Source of the DNA: the human T2T-CHM13v2.0 reference genome, Homo sapiens
DNA length: 64,000 nt
NCBI RefSeq assembly: GCF_009914755.1
Contig: NC_060932.1
Strand: one strand, 5' to 3'
The number at the start of each line of letters is the position of its first letter. The stretch's first letter is position 1. This document shows positions 56,491-64,000 of the stretch, piece by piece. A program made the position numbers and the translations under genes. Under the pieces are notes generated by a model. It was not told the origin of the DNA and searched no databases. It was given only the letters and a program-made list of their open reading frames with translations.

Positions 56491-59429
56491 CTTGTTAATG
56501 AGTTAAATAAACTTTTGACATGTTTATTCTATATTCGTATGAGTCATCTTTTTTAAGTTTTAAAAACTTTGACTTTGACAAGATCAGTAGTGAATACCAT
56601 CAATAGTTCCTTTGTACTCCACTAAATATACTTACTTCTAAATGTAGTAAGAAACCCAATATTGTGTCTATTTGAACCAAGTTTCTTTCCATGGTTCCCA
56701 AGTCACTAATATCAAGTTGTCATAATAACATTTTTAAAGAATGACTTTATTATTTTATTAATATTATTAGTATTTAGAAACTAGGTTACTTAATTTCTGA
56801 TTTAGTATATGGGAAACCAGTTCAATTTAGGGGGAGTAACTTGGCAAGAACTATCCAAACAAGATACCGTAGAGCTAGAATGCTCACAGACAGCCACGCA
56901 TTTTGCTTATCTCCCACTCAATGGATTGCTTTAGCCGGGTGTAACAAAGACAGGGAAAATGAAAAGGACATAATAACCAGGTAGGCTGCTCTAGTCAAAT
57001 GCTGCATCCTTTCAGTTAGTTAAAATCAGCAAGATGGAATGGCAGCTAAGAGGCTACTCTGGGAAAGGCCAACTATTTATACTAAGTATTTCTGTCAATT
57101 GAGTCAAAAACATGACTCATGATGACTTTTGGCAGCTGGAGAGACAGAAAGAGATCATTATTTTTTCCAAATGAGCTCTTGGAGAGTTGCATTTGGTGAG
57201 CAAGCATTCTTTTAAAATAGCCCTTGAGATTAGAAAAAGATGGGTTAAGAGAAAGATGATAATTAAAAACTGGAAGAAACAAAAGTGAGCAAGAAAAGGG
57301 GAAAAAAATGACTCAGATGAAAAGAGAAGAAATGACCAGGAATAGATTCTCTTTCAAATCATGGCTCTACACCACAAAGTGGAAAGCAGCCAGTCTGTGG
57401 GATTTTCTATTGATGACTCAACAGTGGCATGATTAGTTGTAACTCAGATATGGACATGGTTTCCAAGCCAACTAGGGCCCTTCACTAGACAGGGAGAGTG
57501 TAGTGGGAAGACTTGGCAGACCACTTCTCCTTGTGACTGAAAGAGGAAGGGTGTAGTCTGTTTGCACTTATCCTGCATTTCATCAGTTCAACTTTTGATG
57601 TTTTCATTCACTTAAAAAAATGATGAAGTGATCCCCAATGGGTGTGTTTTACTTTCTAAACAATAAAGATGTCTGTTTTTTCTTTTCTTTTTTCTCTTTT
57701 CAGTGATGCTAGAGGAGCAAATTTTCACCAACCACTTTTTCCACATTACACAGAGAGGGCATTCAATATCCAAGTGGGTGGCTCCCTCAAAGGTACCAAT
57801 TTTGGAAACCCCCACCTAGAAAAACATTTTGGATTTTTATGGCTCTTTTCATCCAAAGATCTCAAGGGATTACCAAGCAAAATATGAAAGCTCTGACAAC
57901 ATTTTGAGGTGGTAGGAGACACGAGTTGCTGATGTTCCTTGGCAGATGAAAAAGCAGTGGCCAAAATGAGGGTACCATGAGACAGAAAATAACAATAGTA
58001 CCAATAATCCTATGCCTCAAACCACTGCTGCTGCCTCTGAAACTGCTGTCTACCTCTGTCATAACATAGTCTCATTGTGATTATGCACAAAATAATACCC
58101 CTTTATTAAAATACCGCCATTACCTATGTGTGAGTGCGCATTATAAGTTCCTGAATGAAACTCACATTGTCAAGATGGAAAGCAATTTCCAAGATATATG
58201 TCACATAATTATGAATATTTCTTATTATTTTTACCTTTATTATATTATATCTTAGGTCGACATTATTTAACCTGTGTAATTAATAGTTAATTTAGGGAGC
58301 TAATGATGTGCATAAATAAGAATTATAGGTCTCATTTTATTATAAATTAAACTTTCAGTAAAATATGCCATATGTGGCTTCATTTTGCTGGTGCATCATT
58401 TACATGTGCTACATGAGAAGAAAGAAATACTTTAGCAAATACGTATTTTGTGTTCTTGAAAGAGCTATGCTTTATTTTTAAAGTGAATTTTTCTTCATTC
58501 CCAAATAATTTTGCATTTCTCTATACTGTTACTAAATTTAAGGTTATTGTAAGTTTGAGAGGTTTTCCAGGAATAGGTTAAATCAATTAGCATTGGTCTT
58601 AGCCCACTACTAGGTATGTAAAACAAATATCTAGAATATTAAATGCACTTCCTCTAAGTTCCAGAGCTCAGGTTTACAATATGTCTCTCTTGACCTAAAG
58701 GACATGTATTCAAATGAGCTGCAGAGAAAGCTGCTTTTTTTGTAATATTAATACAATCTTTGCCAAATTAGTCTCTGTTTTAAATTTCAGAAAACTTCTT
58801 GCATATATATTTTAATATATTTAAAATGATGAACCTAGAATTGGAGACGGTTAAATGGTTCATATTTACTCTCCTGAATTTCAAAATGTAATGAACGCCA
58901 AAAAGCCTCTGGGTGTATGTACAAAATTTGTAAAAATACATAAAAACTTACTGACCCAAAACCACAGTGGAACTCATGATAACTTTCCAGACAATATAAT
59001 TCACCATTTAGTCACAGGGGAATGCCAATCTCAAAAGATAGATTTTACACCAAGCCAAGAATATCAACAAAAAAAACCACGTCTTGGATTAGGAACAAAA
59101 GGAAAATCCAATTCCATTGGCCTTAAAACAATCCTAATATTAATGATAATAAATTAACTATCTATTTCAGTATGCCAACATTTGAGAAATTTTTTTCTTA
59201 AACATTGCGCCTTATTAAAATGATACTGAAAAACCAAGAATATTAGAATATGTAGTAATAACTATTTTCTATTTATTATGCATTGAGGTCTATACTTCCT
59301 CCTGGTTTCATATTAGATGAGTACAGAAACCATATTAAATGTATTCAGCCAAATGAGAGAATTACAGTGAATTACTGCCTGTCTCTTTGAAGTCTTCTTC
59401 CAGGTAAGAAGCAAAGGAAGTCCTATTCA

Positions 59430-60040
59430 CTCTACTTCCAATACATGCCCTAACTGTCACTCTCTCCATCTCTGTTCCCATTGCCCTAGTTCAGACTGAG
59501 GCATCTCTTGCCTCACAGTTATAACAGCCTCTTCCCCTCTGTTTCCTCTCCCTTTCTGCTCTTTGTCTTCCCTCTATTTTCAATTTGATCTCCTCTCAGC
59601 AGTTTGACTCATCTTTTAAGAAATGGTAACCAAGGCCAGGTGCGGTGGCTCACGCCTGTAATCCCAGCACTTTGGGAGGCCGAGGCGGGCGGGTCACGAG
59701 GTCAGGAGATCGAGACCATCCTGGCTAACACAGTAAAACCCCGTCTCTACTAAAAATACAAAAAATTAGCTGGGTGTGGTGGCTCACGCTTGTAATCCCA
59801 GCTACTTGGGAGGCTGAGGCAGGAGAATGGCCTGAACCCCAAGGCAGAGTTTGCAGTGAACCAAGATGGTGCCACTGCACTCCAGCCTGGGCTACAGAGT
59901 GAGAGTCCATCTCAAAAAAAAAAAAAAAGAAAGAAAGAAAGAAACGGTAATCAAATCACTTCATTCCCTAGCTTGAAATTCCTAACCAGCTTCTCACTGT
60001 ACTTAGAATAAAATCCAATTTTTATAGAATCTACACAATA
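59430..60040. mobile_element. L2 fragment split by an Alu
   Basis: 'cttctcactgtacttagaataaaatccaa' L2 motif. Confidence 0.6.
59634..59940 (+). mobile_element. AluY/Sc-like
   Basis: TSD aagaaatggtaaccaa / aagaaacggtaatcaa. Confidence 0.92.
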
Positions 60041-60417
60041 TGTATGCAGAATCTGCCTATTTCTCTATTGTACATGTATATACAACCCAGAAGGATGAGA
60101 TTATAAAAATGAAGCATTGAAGTAATATGATTTACCAGTTTGTTAGGCTTCTGATTTTTTAACTATATACACATATATAAATTTAAGAAATTATATTGGG
60201 GATGTGGATTTCAGTTGGCTTAGCAGGAAAGAGAAGCTATCTCATAGTAAAAAAGATAAAACATGGGAAGTTATATTAGATACAATGTACATAAATCTGA
60301 CAGGCTGGATGTTTTCATTTCACCAACTATGTCATTCTGTGCCTTTCCTCTGCAATGACAAAAACAGAACTTGCATGAAAAAAAACTTATGATAGTTTGA
60401 GGGATTTAGGACAGCTA

Positions 60418-60746
<329 letters not shown>

Positions 60747-61588
60747 ATAAAAAGTGAATGAAGAACATGAACAAACACTTCTCAAAAGAAGACATTTATG
60801 CCTCCAACAAACATTAAAAAAGCTCACCATCACTGGTCATTAGAGAAATGCAAATCAAAACCACAATGAGATACCATCTCATGCCAGTTAGAATGGCAAT
60901 CTTTAAAAAGCCAGGAAGCAACAGATGCTGGAGAGGATGTGGAGAAATAGGAACGCTTTTACACTGTTGGTGGTAGTGTAAATTAGTTCAACCATTGTGG
61001 AAGACAGTGTGGTGATTCCTCAAGGATCTAGAACCAGAAATACCATTTGACCCAGCAATCTAATTACTGGGTATATACCCAAAGGATTATAAATCATTCT
61101 ACTATAAAGAAACATGCACTGGTATGTTTATTGCATCACTATTCACAATAGCAAAGACTTGGAACCAACTGAAATGCCCATCAGTGATTGACTGGATAAA
61201 GAAAATGTGGCACATATACACCATGGAATACTATACAGCCATCAAAAAAATGCGTTCATGTCCTTTGCAGGGACATGGATGAAGCTGGAAACCATCATTC
61301 TCAGCAATTAACATAGGAACAGAAAACCAAACACCGCATTTTCTCACTCATAAGTGGGAGGTGAGCAATGAGAACACATGGACACAGGGAGGGGAACATC
61401 ACACACCAGGGCCTGTCGAGGGGTGGGGGTCTAGGGGAGGGATAGCATTAGGAGATGTACCTAATGTAGATGACGGGTTGATGGGTGCAGCAAACCACCA
61501 TGATAGATGTATACCTATGTAACATATCTGCACGTTCTGCATATGTATCCCAGAACTTAAAGTATAATTTTAAAAAAAAGAAAGAAAA
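60747..61588 (+). mobile_element. 5'-truncated L1PA (about L1PA6/7)
   Basis: ORF2 C-terminus and 3'UTR ending 'cccagaacttaaagtataat' plus A-rich tail. Confidence 0.9.
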
Positions 61589-63477
61589 TCCTCCCTCCCC
61601 TGCACTAATAAAGTGGTAGGAGTATCACCAGCTCTAGGGACCCAAGTAGGGCATTCAAGGACAGCTAAGAACAAAGAACTCAATTGAGAAGCTATGTAAA
61701 TGGAGTTGAGATTCATAACAAACACAATTATCAAAAAAACCAAAAAGTTTTCCATATGTAAGACCCCAGGAATTTACTATGAGGACAGTTTTCAGTTTGT
61801 GGTTTTAAATAACAATAGGAGCAAAAAAAAAAAAAAAGCTTTCTTAGAAGAACAAGAGGCAGAGCCTAGAGGACTAAGTAAAGTCTGTGAAACAGGCATA
61901 GAGTGAAAGATTGCGGATGATCACCTAAGAGCAGCTTCCTGCTACACAGGGAAAAAATATTAAACACACACATGCGCACACACACTCATGAGTAAACTTT
62001 TGGACAAGGAAGATGGAGTTTGGAGAATATTTGAAGTCAAGAATTTAAGATTTAGATGCTCTCTGCATCCCTGAGAAAAAAGCCACAATCTTATACTTTT
62101 GAGGCTTGAGTTAGGGTGAAAAAGAAACTGGGATATAGATACTCAGACTGGATTAGCAAAATTCCAGAGGAAAGAATTGTATCTTCAAAGAAACATTCAA
62201 GTAAAACTTCAAGTTCTTTGAAACTTTTCATTTAGAGGAGTGCTAGAAAGTCCAAACTGGGGCAGAGATGACAAATGTCTCGTTGAGGTGTTTCCATAGA
62301 TGAGCCCAAGAGCAAGCCTTACCAAGCCCAGCAGGAATCAAGTGGCAAAGAGAGCAGAGTACACAACTCGCAACAGGACCAGTGCACACTCAGAATCTTT
62401 AGACTGAATGAACAGGGTCCTTACTCTGAAGGGACTTTGGCCAAGAGTTTGGTCAAGAAGGGTAAGCCACACGACCAGAGACCACAAGGAACTGGGATGG
62501 CCACTGTGGATGCCAGTCTACAGAGCCAAAGATCAGTCAGAGCAAGGAATACCAGAGCAGGGAAGAGTCAAATAACAGCATTAATATCAGACACCCTTAA
62601 GAGGAAAATGATGTTTGCTTATCAGAAGTGATACGATTATCTCAAAGTTTCCAGATGAAGCATGTTACACCGTTATGAAAATGGGAGTTCCACAGCCAAG
62701 TTATGTTTACTTTTTTAAAAAATGAAGACAAAATTAATTCACATAAATACACAACTGAATTGTGACTGCAAAAACACCTAATTGCTTATAACTATGCATC
62801 AGGGTATCTAGAAGATGGCATTTTTATTATTGTGATTATTATTATTATTAATGAAAGGATGGGTCATTTACAAGTTGCCAGCTGCTGGCACTTCTAACAG
62901 CAGAGACCACAAATCGCTGTGGAGCAGTGTGCACATCAGTGAGGCAGTTGATCAGGATGGCAGCAGAACGTGTGGAACCATCTGTTCTTGACTATGTGGC
63001 ACTAAAACAGAAAAAGGGACACAACAGTAAACATTTTCAATTTCCGTATTTTTCTTTTCTTTTTCCACAGGGAAACTGTAAGGTAGTCTGATGGCCTCCA
63101 TGAGAGAAAATAAAACCTTTCATACCTTAGTGATATATACATTTTTCTCCTAATTTAAATATAAAACCATGATGTTCTAGGCCCCAAGGTGCTTAAGGGA
63201 AACATAATAATTACAAAAAATATATGTAGCAATGTACTTCATGAGTTATGAAGGGAATATGAGATAGCCAAACTGTTTATGAGTCTTCAATTCTTCAATG
63301 ACCTAAACACTTACAAATGTATTTAAAAGAAAAGGTCGCATATAAAATTGAATCAAAAACATTTAACTACCTAACATAGTTCATTAACTCAAAATTGTTT
63401 GTATTAAGATGCTAAATACACTTAAGAGATTGACTCTTATACACTGGTGATTATTAAAAGCTTGTAAACATTTATGA

Positions 63478-63813
<336 letters not shown>

Positions 63814-64000
63814 TGAGAAACCCTTTATTCTATTAACTTCACAGATTCTTGGAGTCATTAAGACTTACTGAAAAATCATACGGTTTTCCCTCCAACCATG
63901 GGAAGAGCAGTAAAGAATCAAAAAGAAAATTACATCACCTGATTATGTTCCAAGTATAAAATTGTCAGGATTAGACGATGGAAAGTGGATATCTATTTCT

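Overview
AT-rich primate (most likely human or great-ape) genomic DNA made up mostly of interspersed repeats: about 14 Alus (AluY, an AluYd-type copy, AluS/J), many L1 pieces (L1PA, L1PB, L1MA, L1MB, L1ME), LTR elements (a complete MSTA MaLR provirus, THE1, MLT1/MLT2, MER4A, a solo LTR12, and an LTR33-like LTR with decayed ERVL internal sequence), DNA transposon fossils (Tigger3b, MER82, MER53, MER58, MER5A), MIR and L2. I recognise no host protein-coding gene. Every long ORF in the track is L1 ORF2, Alu or LTR12 sequence, so the window looks intergenic or deep-intronic. I found no support for a new biological system. The best observations are structural: an old twin-primed (5'-inverted) L1 carrying a multi-level nest of younger elements, two local template-switch hairpins, an intact LTR12 promoter upstream of exon-like splice signals, and two L1s with large internal deletions. 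Subfamily names come from recalled consensus motifs rather than a RepeatMasker run, and boundaries of old elements are approximate.
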